Below, in pieces: positions 53,641-63,400 of a stretch of 64,000 bases of DNA (position 1 is the first letter of the stretch; each line of letters starts with the position of its first letter). Below the pieces are notes generated by a model, which was not told the origin of the DNA, searched no databases, and saw nothing but the letters and a program-made list of their open reading frames with translations. A program made the translations under genes and the position numbers. Origin of the DNA: a virus; IMG/VR virus record IMGVR_UViG_3300035698_017294, positions 42,198-106,197 of that record; one strand, written 5' to 3'.

Positions 53641-56302
53641 CTAATAAGATCCTTACAACTCTAACTGACTTACCATTTAATTTTCGTGAAAACGAGTCTT
53701 TGTCTAAAACTCTTCCTTCCTGATGCAGCTCACTGAATATTGCTTTGCGGCTATGCCCGAAGGTTCGCCCGACCTTCTGCAGGTATTCACATACTGCAGA
53801 ATATGCTAAGTTAACTGCCATATACACTTCTTTGCCGTTATAGTAACCAACAGTTGGAATGAACCTTCGTGTTTCATCTGATACGCTGGAGGATGCTTGT
53901 ATTTTTAGCTTATTAGAAGCTAGCATTTCATGCAGCGTTTCCCAGAATATGTTGGAGGCAAGTTCCTCTTTAGCGGCTTGTAGGTTTAAACGCATTTCGT
54001 TTTCAATACGTTCGCAGAAACCCTTGATATGCTTCAGCGGATCATCCCATATAAAGTGCGCTATAAAGTAGTAGCTGGTCATCAACATAGCAAAATTTCT
54101 AGCTATACGTATTGAGTTAGGCTCGCCACGTATTAGTTCATTGAACTGTACCGTATAGTCTGCCATAACCTTGGCAAACTCTGCTGGGTCTTTACCAAGC
54201 ACCCATTGAATGTAGCGCGGCGTAAACCCACGATACTTTGCCTGCATTGCATTGCAAACTTGTCCCTTGACCAGATCGGTATCATTTTTTGATCTGTATC
54301 TGATTGTTATCATTCGGGCTAGGTTTGAGGCTTCGCCTTCAATATCATGTTCAGCTGTTATGGCCAAGTAACCGCGAATGTAGTACGATTCCTGAAATGA
54401 TGAATCCGACTTTAATCGCGAGCGAGCAGAGTCGTCGGCGTAACCTTGTAGAATGGCTATGGCCTTAGCCCAGTCATTCTTTGAGAAGTTAGCCTTCTTA
54501 AAATCATCGACATGGAAAAATGCATCCTTAAATCTGAACCCCATTTTCTGTAGCGAGTATGGGGTACTTAGCCACGATGGCACGGTTTTGAAATTACCAT
54601 AGAACATCATCATTTTATTAAGTAGCCAAGATTTACCTTTACCGGTAGTTCCCTGTAGATAGAAAATGAAACGCGACTTGTCTTCTTTTGTTAGGAATGA
54701 TCCGATAACCGGAAGCATTGCATGGGCGAACGTCGCCTCCGCGATAAAGTCATCTTCAGGGGTTGTCAGTAATGTATCACGTATATGTGTTTTTACTTCT
54801 TCAAATTCATCGTCTTCCAGCTTTATAAAGTCCAACTGCGATGCCTTGTCTTCGCCCGTTAGGTCGATTTTTATTTCACTGTTCTCTGTGATACCATCTA
54901 CATTTACAATATACGACGGCGTGTAATACGCTGTTAGTTCTGTATTGTATCCGAAGTTTTTACTTATCTCCAATTTACGCGGCTCACTAAATGCAGCGAA
55001 GGCCATTGTAAGTTCGCGGAAGTGTGTAAATGATAAATCATCGATTCCACCCGCTGTATAAAGGGCTTCACGGAATCTTGACTCTGTTGCAAGCTGTGCT
55101 GGATCAACATCGAATGGGAATGATTGCCCATCACGTTTATGTATCACACCTTTGAAATGTCGATACTTCTTAATTCCATCATCGATTTCTAGATCTTCCA
55201 TAATGTCATAAATGAAAGTAGATAATGACTGATCACCGTTAGGGCGCCTGAGGTAGTAACAATTGTGATCCACGAACATATCTACCAGAGGTCCAGTTGG
55301 TGACTGTTGCTGGGGTTCATCATCTCCGCGCGTTCTGTAATAAAATGCTATTGGAGATTTACTTTTACCTATTATTCCACATTGGCCTGGACATATCTTC
55401 TCGAACTTCGTTTCCTGCAATGTAGCACACAAGATCGGCTTAAAGCCCTTTTTAATTGCGCGCTCAATATAGTACTTAACCTTTCTGGGATCGTAATCAG
55501 AGCACTTAGATAAGAACTCCTTTTCAAAATATTCTGGACCACCATCTATACTAATGAAAAGCATCATTAGAGCTACGCGTTCCTGATCTGTTAGATGGTG
55601 AGATGCCTCAACCTTTTCTTTTAGATTACGAATGGCAGCGCAGTTCTTTTGCATTGCTTCCAGAGGATTGGCAGAGTTTAACACCTGTGCGTGGTTAGCA
55701 AACTTGATATTTTTGAAGCTAAAGTCGGGGTCTGTGAAATATGATTGTTTTTGGGTTTTTTGGTGTAATGCATACGGACCTTTGACCAAATTCCCAGATG
55801 CAGCACTCTCTTGTTTTGGAAACAGCTCTAAGTGAATTCCAGGATTTACTGGCCTTACTTTAGTAAACATGTTGTCCAACGAGTGCTTCACCATACGAGC
55901 ATCCATTGGTACTTCAAAGAATACCCAAACGTGATACCCTTTGAATCCGGACCACTCCACATAGTGTGGCAGGTTAAACTTACTAAGGACTTCTGAGACT
56001 TCTTTCACTTGTTTGTCAAGAACAGGTTTCCAGTCGTTAACGTCAAAGTCCGGTTTACCCCATTCGGACTTATTAACGTCGATATCTACTACGGCCCATT
56101 TAACCGTCCACTTCCCAGGTGGATCCTCCTTGAGTTGATAAAAGCCGAATGTGGCTTTACCCGCTAAGTGATCCTCGATATCCTGGAGACTGATTGGACG
56201 CTCAAATGCCGTATACTGTCCGTCACTTCTTTGAATTGCATAGCGAGCTTCGGTATGCACAAAAAGCTTTTTGTATTCTTCGGCTGTTAATGGGATGTCC
56301 AA
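53633..56302 (-). CDS. AEP primase fused to a PriL-like Cys cluster and a P-loop helicase
   Basis: VDID, SGFKGYHVW, ELFPKQ; C...H...C...C cluster; GTTGKGKS, VDDFK. Confidence 0.85.
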   Translation of the reverse strand: MDIPLTAEEYKKLFVHTEARYAIQRSDGQYTAFERPISLQDIEDHLAGKATFGFYQLKEDPPGKWTVKWAVVDIDVNKSEWGKPDFDVNDWKPVLDKQVKEVSEVLSKFNLPHYVEWSGFKGYHVWVFFEVPMDARMVKHSLDNMFTKVRPVNPGIHLELFPKQESAASGNLVKGPYALHQKTQKQSYFTDPDFSFKNIKFANHAQVLNSANPLEAMQKNCAAIRNLKEKVEASHHLTDQERVALMMLFISIDGGPEYFEKEFLSKCSDYDPRKVKYYIERAIKKGFKPILCATLQETKFEKICPGQCGIIGKSKSPIAFYYRTRGDDEPQQQSPTGPLVDMFVDHNCYYLRRPNGDQSLSTFIYDIMEDLEIDDGIKKYRHFKGVIHKRDGQSFPFDVDPAQLATESRFREALYTAGGIDDLSFTHFRELTMAFAAFSEPRKLEISKNFGYNTELTAYYTPSYIVNVDGITENSEIKIDLTGEDKASQLDFIKLEDDEFEEVKTHIRDTLLTTPEDDFIAEATFAHAMLPVIGSFLTKEDKSRFIFYLQGTTGKGKSWLLNKMMMFYGNFKTVPSWLSTPYSLQKMGFRFKDAFFHVDDFKKANFSKNDWAKAIAILQGYADDSARSRLKSDSSFQESYYIRGYLAITAEHDIEGEASNLARMITIRYRSKNDTDLVKGQVCNAMQAKYRGFTPRYIQWVLGKDPAEFAKVMADYTVQFNELIRGEPNSIRIARNFAMLMTSYYFIAHFIWDDPLKHIKGFCERIENEMRLNLQAAKEELASNIFWETLHEMLASNKLKIQASSSVSDETRRFIPTVGYYNGKEVYMAVNLAYSAVCEYLQKVGRTFGHSRKAIFSELHQEGRVLDKDSFSRKLNGKSVRVVRILLDD

Positions 56303-56310
56303 TTAGCCCC

Positions 56311-56724
56311 CTATTCGATTCGTAATTCTTTCCATACAACCTTGCCGGCTTTTATCAGATTTCGTATATGTTGTTGGCCTTGCGTAAGTCTAGATTTACC
56401 AGACTTAATCTCGACAAAGGCCACTTCATTATCAGCGAATACAATATAGTCTATTGGGTTGCCTAAGAAATGCGCTTGCTTAGGATTATATGGAAACGTG
56501 TCTAAAAATGGAGCCAAGGTTTCTGCTATCTGCCCGGTTCTTATTTCTGATGATTTTTTTTGTCCTAGTAATTTTTTTGAATCGACCCTAGCATTGCTAA
56601 GTTCATCAAGTTTTATGTTTAGCTCGCCTTGCATCCTGCGCAACTGTTGTCTATGCGAGGCCAAGCCGTAAGACACAGCTCCTAGTGCCGCTACTAGTAT
56701 GGCAATAATAATTAATAGTATCAT
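56311..56724 (-). CDS. membrane-anchored PD-(D/E)xK endonuclease (Hjc-related)
   Basis: TM helix, GQIAETLAPF, FLGNPIDY, FVEIKSG. Confidence 0.85.
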   Translation of the reverse strand: MILLIIIAILVAALGAVSYGLASHRQQLRRMQGELNIKLDELSNARVDSKKLLGQKKSSEIRTGQIAETLAPFLDTFPYNPKQAHFLGNPIDYIVFADNEVAFVEIKSGKSRLTQGQQHIRNLIKAGKVVWKELRIE

Positions 56725-57122
56725 GTCTCCCTCGCGGTTGGTGGAATGTTGGCTTTATTGGTGTACGCCAGTATGCGTAATTTAGGTTGGTACCTGTGCA
56801 GGCTGCAGCAGGAGTATGCCATTGTTGGGGGTAAAGTTGTTATATCAATTTCGCGTTTAGCTTTTACTGTTTTAGCGTTATGATCAGCAAATACTACACA
56901 CTTACCACCTATATTTGCGTATGAGGGCCTAAAGAAGAACGCACAAGTTCCACATACGCGCTTAAGTAGGTGGTTTGGTAAGGGAGACTCCCCATTGTCT
57001 GTTGTAACCCCCTCTGAATAGTGCTCATATATATGGCTTTTTGTCTCTTCCTCTACAGCTTCGCTGCCAAGGTCATCTATGAACTCTTCAAAGTTATCAT
57101 ATTTTCCTCCAGGCGCACTCAT
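56721..57122 (-). CDS. Cys-containing hypothetical protein
   Basis: CGTC...C...C..H. Confidence 0.55.
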   Translation of the reverse strand: MSAPGGKYDNFEEFIDDLGSEAVEEETKSHIYEHYSEGVTTDNGESPLPNHLLKRVCGTCAFFFRPSYANIGGKCVVFADHNAKTVKAKREIDITTLPPTMAYSCCSLHRYQPKLRILAYTNKANIPPTARET

Positions 57123-57553
57123 CGTCTTCGCCTACGATCATAGATTGTGATACCGTTAAGATGATCCACTTCATGCTGTAACACCAATGCCTCACGCTGG
57201 TCTCTTATGGTTCGTTCTCCATCTATTTCGTCTATGATTCGTATTCGCCTATATCGTCTAGTCGCGTATGCTTGCTCAAGGGATAGGCATGCCTCTTGTG
57301 GCACGATGTAGCTGTTGGACCGGCGGAGGATTCGTGGATTTACAATAGCATATGATTTTCCAGGCAATCGAATTATGGCCACTTTAAATGGCAAACCTAT
57401 TTGAGGGGCGGCCAGGCCTAACGCCTTTCCATCCAGTTTCAGATCGGCCCAAGTTTCTTCTAATGCCGTAATAATTTCTTGATATCTGCCTACTTCTACT
57501 TCCTTGATGTCCGATAGAAATAGATCGAATGGCAAAGTTCTGCTTTCTGTCAT
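57119..57553 (-). CDS. def: peptide deformylase
   Basis: GLAAPQIG, EACLS, QHEVDHLNG. Confidence 0.92.
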   Translation of the reverse strand: MTESRTLPFDLFLSDIKEVEVGRYQEIITALEETWADLKLDGKALGLAAPQIGLPFKVAIIRLPGKSYAIVNPRILRRSNSYIVPQEACLSLEQAYATRRYRRIRIIDEIDGERTIRDQREALVLQHEVDHLNGITIYDRRRRR

Positions 57554-59010
57554 GTGTCGCCCCTTAATCCTTTTATTATTTTTTTCCTTCTAAACGACTG
57601 TGCCTTTAGGATCTGTATTTTCCTATCTACAATATCGACAATTATAGGCTTCTTATCCAGGTTTTTGCACGTACGCATGAAGCGTCCGGCACTTTGCCGA
57701 ATCTTGATAGTAGACTTGATGGGGGAACAAAAAAAGCCAACCTCTAGCGTGGGTACATCCAATCCCGTTGAGAACAATCCGTAGGTTGATATTATAACCC
57801 TAAGCTCGCCAGAACGCAAGCGCTTCATGACCTTTCTTCGATGAACTTTGGAAGCTTTTGACTTTAACACGTCTACCCTAACGGCTCCAAGCTTTTCTGC
57901 TAATCTGATCCTAGTGGCCTTTGGAATTGGTGCTATAAGAATATCGGAATTGGGTATCTGCTCATGTAAAAGCAAGCACTGTGAGATTCGTGCGCACAAC
58001 ATAGCAATTTGCTGCGTTGGGTACTCCGCAACTGCGTCTATAATGATCTGATTACGATCTTCGTCTTCTGATAGATCAGTTATCATTTCCTGATACTCAG
58101 TCGTGCTAGTTAATGGGAAGTAAAAATCGGATTTCTTTTCTGTGTATTCGGGGTATACCAAAACATCGTCCAGCTCATTCGTTGGAACTTCATGAATTTT
58201 TGGACCAGTTGCCCAGTGAATAAGCGGAGTCATACCATCGTCGCGCTCCAATGTTGCGCTAAATCCGAATTTATACATTAGTTCCAGACGCGACATTACA
58301 CTATAATAGGTAGATGCTGCAATGATGTGTACTTCGTCTACAATAACTTGCCCGAAGAATGCGTTACAAGCTTCCATTACATTTGGCCTAAACTGATGAA
58401 CAGTTTGAAATGTTGCCACAGTAATTGGACGAAATTCGCATTTGCCATCCCCCATAAATCCTATGTGCTTCTCATCAATGTCGGTAAACTCCTTTAATTG
58501 TTCCATAAACTGATTTGCCAGTTCTATCCTATTAACAAGAACTAAAGTGGGAACCTTTCGTTCAGTAATCATCTTAACCATGACGATTGTTTTACCGCTA
58601 CCGGTCATAGCCTGAACCACTCCGATTGTTCGATCCCTTACAGCGTCCACAGCGTCTTGCTGATAGCCGCGTAGGGTTCCTACAAACTTGCAGTCCTTTA
58701 TGGCTTCAGTAGCTATACCCATTCCCTTTTTTCGCGCATCGACGAAATCTATGTTCAGCTTTTGTTCTTTTACTTTTTCCAATAAAGTCGATGTGTAACC
58801 AACTGGTAAGCATATCTCCCCCTTCTTGGTCCATGTGGCGTATACGAGGCTCTTAGGGGTATTATAGCTCGATAGCTGTAGTTTTAGCTTATTTAAGTAT
58901 TCTGGGTTCTCTATGGTAAGCTCGCGGACCACGTCAGCTACCAATCGCTTTTCCCCCGTGTTGGCTGGATCCCAGCTCAGCTGTGTTGTGTTTTTTACAA
59001 TTGCTAGCAT
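57550..59010 (-). CDS. SF2 DEAD/DEAH helicase (UvsW/XPB-like)
   Basis: LRGYQ, TGSGKT, DEVH, SAT, TGLDVP, QSAGR. Confidence 0.92.
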   Translation of the reverse strand: MLAIVKNTTQLSWDPANTGEKRLVADVVRELTIENPEYLNKLKLQLSSYNTPKSLVYATWTKKGEICLPVGYTSTLLEKVKEQKLNIDFVDARKKGMGIATEAIKDCKFVGTLRGYQQDAVDAVRDRTIGVVQAMTGSGKTIVMVKMITERKVPTLVLVNRIELANQFMEQLKEFTDIDEKHIGFMGDGKCEFRPITVATFQTVHQFRPNVMEACNAFFGQVIVDEVHIIAASTYYSVMSRLELMYKFGFSATLERDDGMTPLIHWATGPKIHEVPTNELDDVLVYPEYTEKKSDFYFPLTSTTEYQEMITDLSEDEDRNQIIIDAVAEYPTQQIAMLCARISQCLLLHEQIPNSDILIAPIPKATRIRLAEKLGAVRVDVLKSKASKVHRRKVMKRLRSGELRVIISTYGLFSTGLDVPTLEVGFFCSPIKSTIKIRQSAGRFMRTCKNLDKKPIIVDIVDRKIQILKAQSFRRKKIIKGLRGDT

Positions 59011-59564
59011 TAACGTCCTTTAATCTTGTTGTAAGTCCCTGCTATTATAGGGTTATAGTGTATTTCGTATGGCTCATCGAGTCCACACGGCAGATTATGT
59101 GCAATGCACAACCCCGGTATAGCGACAAACCTTGTTTTATTTGAAACATCTATAACTAAGTTATTCTTCACGTAATCTGAAACAATAACGTGATTACCGA
59201 TGTTGTATATTTTATTAAATAAATTAAAAATAGTACTAACGCGATTTTTTGCCATTATATCGAATGGAGGTAAATAAATAGCTACAGTTCCAGTAGCCAT
59301 ATTGCGTGCCAAATCTGCGTAATCGCCCAGCTCTAGGCCTCCTGGATGCTTTATAGCTAAAAAATCGAAGGGCTTGAAGTTTATTATCTTTCTCTTCCAA
59401 TCTGCTATCTTGCTGTCTGTCTGGCCACGATCGGAAGTACCGGCATTGACCAAAATTAATTCATAGTCTATATCATCTACATCTGATTGATTAGCGATAC
59501 TTTCCATGCTTTGATCTAATTGATTGTAAAAATTAGATCCGATCATAATAATGCTAATATCCAT
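59010..59564 (-). CDS. degenerate GT2-like protein
   Basis: ISII...SIANQ...ELILVNAGTSD...ARN; DxD missing. Confidence 0.5.
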   Translation of the reverse strand: MDISIIMIGSNFYNQLDQSMESIANQSDVDDIDYELILVNAGTSDRGQTDSKIADWKRKIINFKPFDFLAIKHPGGLELGDYADLARNMATGTVAIYLPPFDIMAKNRVSTIFNLFNKIYNIGNHVIVSDYVKNNLVIDVSNKTRFVAIPGLCIAHNLPCGLDEPYEIHYNPIIAGTYNKIKGR

Positions 59565-59608
59565 ATATCTCCTAACTAAATTTTGGGATATATACATCCC
59601 GATACAAA

Positions 59609-59618
59609 TCTTATACCA
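59609..59618 (-). promoter_or_regulatory. recurrent TGGTATAAGA motif heading the leftward replication operon
   Basis: Back-to-back with the rightward sigma70 promoter. Confidence 0.55.
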
Positions 59619-59624
59619 CATATA

Positions 59625-59653
59625 TTGACAGAAATTTTTTCACGGTGTATAAT
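59625..59653 (+). promoter_or_regulatory. perfect sigma70 promoter
   Basis: TTGACA-17 nt-TATAAT at the strand switch. Confidence 0.85.
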
Positions 59654-59688
59654 TTAGTAAGGTAAAATCAAAAAAAAATGAGAAAGCT

Positions 59689-60147
59689 ATGAAACCGAAA
59701 GAAACCACAGAAAAGAATACACAGCTAGAAGAAACCACATCGCGCGAACCGAGGATCGACCTGAATCTTGATGATGAGAAAATACAGCAACATCTTGAAG
59801 AACTGGTATTTAAGTTCGATACCGAATATACGTTTGATCTGTACGATAAGGTGCCTGTTACATTTGCAGCGCTCAACAGTAGCGCGCAGATGGAAGTTGA
59901 AGCAGAAATGAAGGATGTTAAGGGTACACATTCAGAAGTGTATCATATTTACCAAAAGAAAATACTTAGCCGCGTTTTGCGTAAATACAAGGAGGATGCT
60001 TTTAGTGCTAAAGAGTATGAACTGGCTTGGGACTTCATTGGTGGGTGGTCTAGTGTAGTACTTGACCTAGTTGTAGCACACCAGCAAGCTTTTGAAAAAG
60101 CATTGTTGGAGGCCACCAAGACAAGGTACTTTAAAAATTTATCCTAA
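59689..60147 (+). CDS. putative tail assembly chaperone (gpG-like)
   Basis: First of two small ORFs before a very long gene; ends with slippery A-AAT-TTA. Confidence 0.6.
   Translation: MKPKETTEKNTQLEETTSREPRIDLNLDDEKIQQHLEELVFKFDTEYTFDLYDKVPVTFAALNSSAQMEVEAEMKDVKGTHSEVYHIYQKKILSRVLRKYKEDAFSAKEYELAWDFIGGWSSVVLDLVVAHQQAFEKALLEATKTRYFKNLS
60135..60141 (+). other. putative -1 programmed frameshift site
   Basis: In-frame X-XXY-YYZ heptamer; the -1 frame is open into ORF 60162-60470. Confidence 0.65.
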
Positions 60148-60161
60148 GCCCTGTTAATCGA

Positions 60162-60470
60162 ATGCGTGCAGAGATGCTGATTAATGGGGCCGATGTAGCG
60201 CGTATTATGAATACACCTACAGAGAGTGCTTTGCTTTATGCTTTTGTTCATAAGGAAAAGAAACACTATCTGGAAACTGAGCTGATGTATCGTGCTACAC
60301 TTGTAGGTGAAGGGGACGAAGACGCCAAGAATTCCTTTAACAAGCTACTTAGCCAGTATTGGGATATTTTGGATCCAGCTAGACAGACCGATAGGGTTGA
60401 GTTTGCTGACAAAATGGCTGACTTCGACAAGGTCTTTAAAGACAGAACCATCGTTATAAAAGAACAGTAG
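60162..60470 (+). CDS. putative gpT-like frameshift extension
   Basis: -1 frame relative to the upstream ORF; no clear RBS. Confidence 0.6.
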   Translation: MRAEMLINGADVARIMNTPTESALLYAFVHKEKKHYLETELMYRATLVGEGDEDAKNSFNKLLSQYWDILDPARQTDRVEFADKMADFDKVFKDRTIVIKEQ

Positions 60471-60474
60471 ACAT

Positions 60475-63400
60475 ATGAGAAATTCGCCCTTCGGCTTTTA
60501 TGATAACGAATACATACAATCTGCCATGTCTAAGGAGACACAGCCGCAGATGAACGCGCACCTGAACGACAAGGTGCCACATCATGTGTTTTATGCGGAA
60601 ACCTTTGGTTCCCCATCGGCCAACAGGCAGGCCCCAAACTACTATGACGGCGTCACAGAAGATAACGTACGATACCCAGAGATTTATTCCAGTACCGCAG
60701 CAATGGGCAATGCATTCGGTGCCGCGTTTGGTATGACTGCTGGTATAACTGGAGCGGTGCTGGGGGCTGGATCACCTATACCTGGCGGGTCTTTTATTGG
60801 TATGCTAGCCGGAGATTACATAGGCCGTGGTGTTGGTAATTTTGTAGGTGACACGATTGGTGCTGCGTACCAAAAAGACCTCAATGCTGCAAATTTTGTT
60901 TTCAACTCAACTAAAGGTGCAGCCGGCGGTGGGCTAAGTTGGGGCGAATCTATGTCTGCTTCGTCGCATCTACGTGACTGGTCTAATAGTAGCTTTGAAA
61001 CAAATCGCATGATCGGCGGTAAAGAGGGACTAAGCGAACTTATGTCGGATCTTACCGGTGCTGGCGCATTCAACGACATAACATCGGGAGATGACTACAC
61101 CAGGAAAGTAAAGTCCGAAATTGGTGCCCTAAAAGAGCTGCAGCAGAGACTAAAAGCATCTAAAGAAGAAATACTTGGATTCATGTCCGAGTCATACTCA
61201 ATGGGTATAGACGCTAGTAGTTTAACTGGTGGAGCGCTAGGGCGTAGCTCACTGGAACAAGGCGCCGCCCTAGGTTTCGAAGCGACACAAATAGCACAAG
61301 CTGGAATTGGTGCTGGTGGAATAGCTACGGGGTATGGACTATCAGCAGGCAGTGCTTTTAGCGCTGGTGTTACATCGCTATTTCACAGCCAAGCGCTGTA
61401 CAATACCCTTGGAGTCGCTGATAGAAAACTTGTAGACGCCAGTGGCGGAGTTGGCGGAATGGCCCAAGATAACATCCAACAAGGCTACGGCTTTATGCAG
61501 ACTGGTGCAGGCCAAGCTACTATGGCTGCTATGGTCATGGGTGGAACATCCGCGGGTGAACTCAGTAACATGAGCATGGGTAACATAATTGGGGCAGGTG
61601 CAGACGTTTTCACGAATGTTGAAACACGTGATAGGTTCACTGGCATGCAGCGTGATATCATAGGACAAATGGATCCTATGGTAATGCGCCAAACTGAAAT
61701 ATTAACCCACTTAAAAAGCGCTCAGTTATTCTACCGTCTTGGCGACAGTCCGGTCGACGAATATCTATTTAAAGGTTATTTGCAAAAGCAGCACGGGTAC
61801 ACAGCCGCCTCCGCAGATCGAGAATCTATGCAAGCCAACATGAGTTATTATGACTTTATGGCCTCTGCAGCAGAGGACGGAAGATATTCTCCATCCGATG
61901 CCAGAGCTAGGAAAAGCGGATTAGGGTCTATGCTGGGGGACGCCTCCGATGATGTAGGGCGCTTCTTTCATGGTATCACATCTCCCGTTGCAAAGGGTAT
62001 TCACGATGTTTGGTCTGATGCTGGAGAAGCAGTTCTTGGCGGGCTATCTGCCGGGGTGGCCGCAGTAGATGATGTATGGGAACGAAATATACGCTTTCGT
62101 AGGCCGACAACTATAAGCCAATCTGCCTTAGATAGTTTAGGAGCGAATGAGGCTGCGGCTAATAGCAGAAAGAGCCGGGGGTGGTACGATACTTGGACAA
62201 GTGATACGGAAATTGTCGACGAGGATGCTGCGGCTCTGCGCTATCGTCGTGATACAGTTGCAATGTTTGGTGATACAGATGGAAGTAGTCTTGACGACAT
62301 AAAAGGCGTTTTGGGCGCAGACCAGTATTCAAAAATATCAGCGGAATTACGTAATACAGCACATCAGACAGCTGCTAGAGCCTTTCGTAGCGCCGTTCAA
62401 ATGGCTGGCGGGCTAGAAAATCGCAATCTGGTTGGCGATCTTGCCCAAGGACTAGGCTTAGGCAAAACTAGCAGCTACATGCAGTGGTATGGTGAAGCAG
62501 ATACTGATGATATTTTACGCAATGCCAGTTCCGGCGAAACTGGGGGTCTAGCCGGAGTTACTCCAAATACAAACCTTAAATGGGCTAGAGGCCTATCTGG
62601 GCCAGACGCTGTTACAGTTGGAACAGAATATAACTTACACAAGTCATTTTTGTCTTCACTTACTGGTGATCAGGAGACCAATTTAATGGGGCTTGGTTTA
62701 GATTATAAGGGACAACAGTGGATGCGTGGGGCTATCAATGCTGGAGAATTCAGAGCCAGCCACTTGGATACCCCAGAAAGTGCGCGATCCAGACTTACGC
62801 AATTCGATGAATTGGGCTATGGGTTTACATCAGAAGCCACAATGCCTACGCTGGAGCAATTTAACATAATCGCTAAAGCAGATATGACTGGCGATTTTAC
62901 AAACGATGTACAAGATTTATCAGCCGATCTTGGAGGTATAGCGCCTAATCGCACTGTGGCACTTTTGCGCGGTGGGGCTGGTAATAGTGACACAGCCTCT
63001 AGCCTTTTGAGAGAAGGTAAGAGATTTGATAAAAATAGATATGCCGGCGACCTATCTAATTTTTCCGGATCAATAGAATCACTTAAGGCGCGTCGCACGG
63101 AGATAGACAAAGATCTATCTTCTGGCATGTATCAGATACTACGTTCTACCAACGTTACTCCGGAATTTGGATCGTATAGCTTTAGATCGTATAGCAAAGT
63201 TAAGGCGTCAGCAAAAGCACTAGAGATGATTGATGTGGCTGCTAACGCTTACGGCGTTGATCCTGAGGATCTTGGGGGTATTCCATCTATAGATTGGGAC
63301 GGAAAGGTATGGTCTGCTCTAAGAGATCAGAAGTTTACGATCGGAGATTTCAATAGCGAAGCTTTTGTTGGCTTGCGAGGTAACATAGACACGTATCGAT

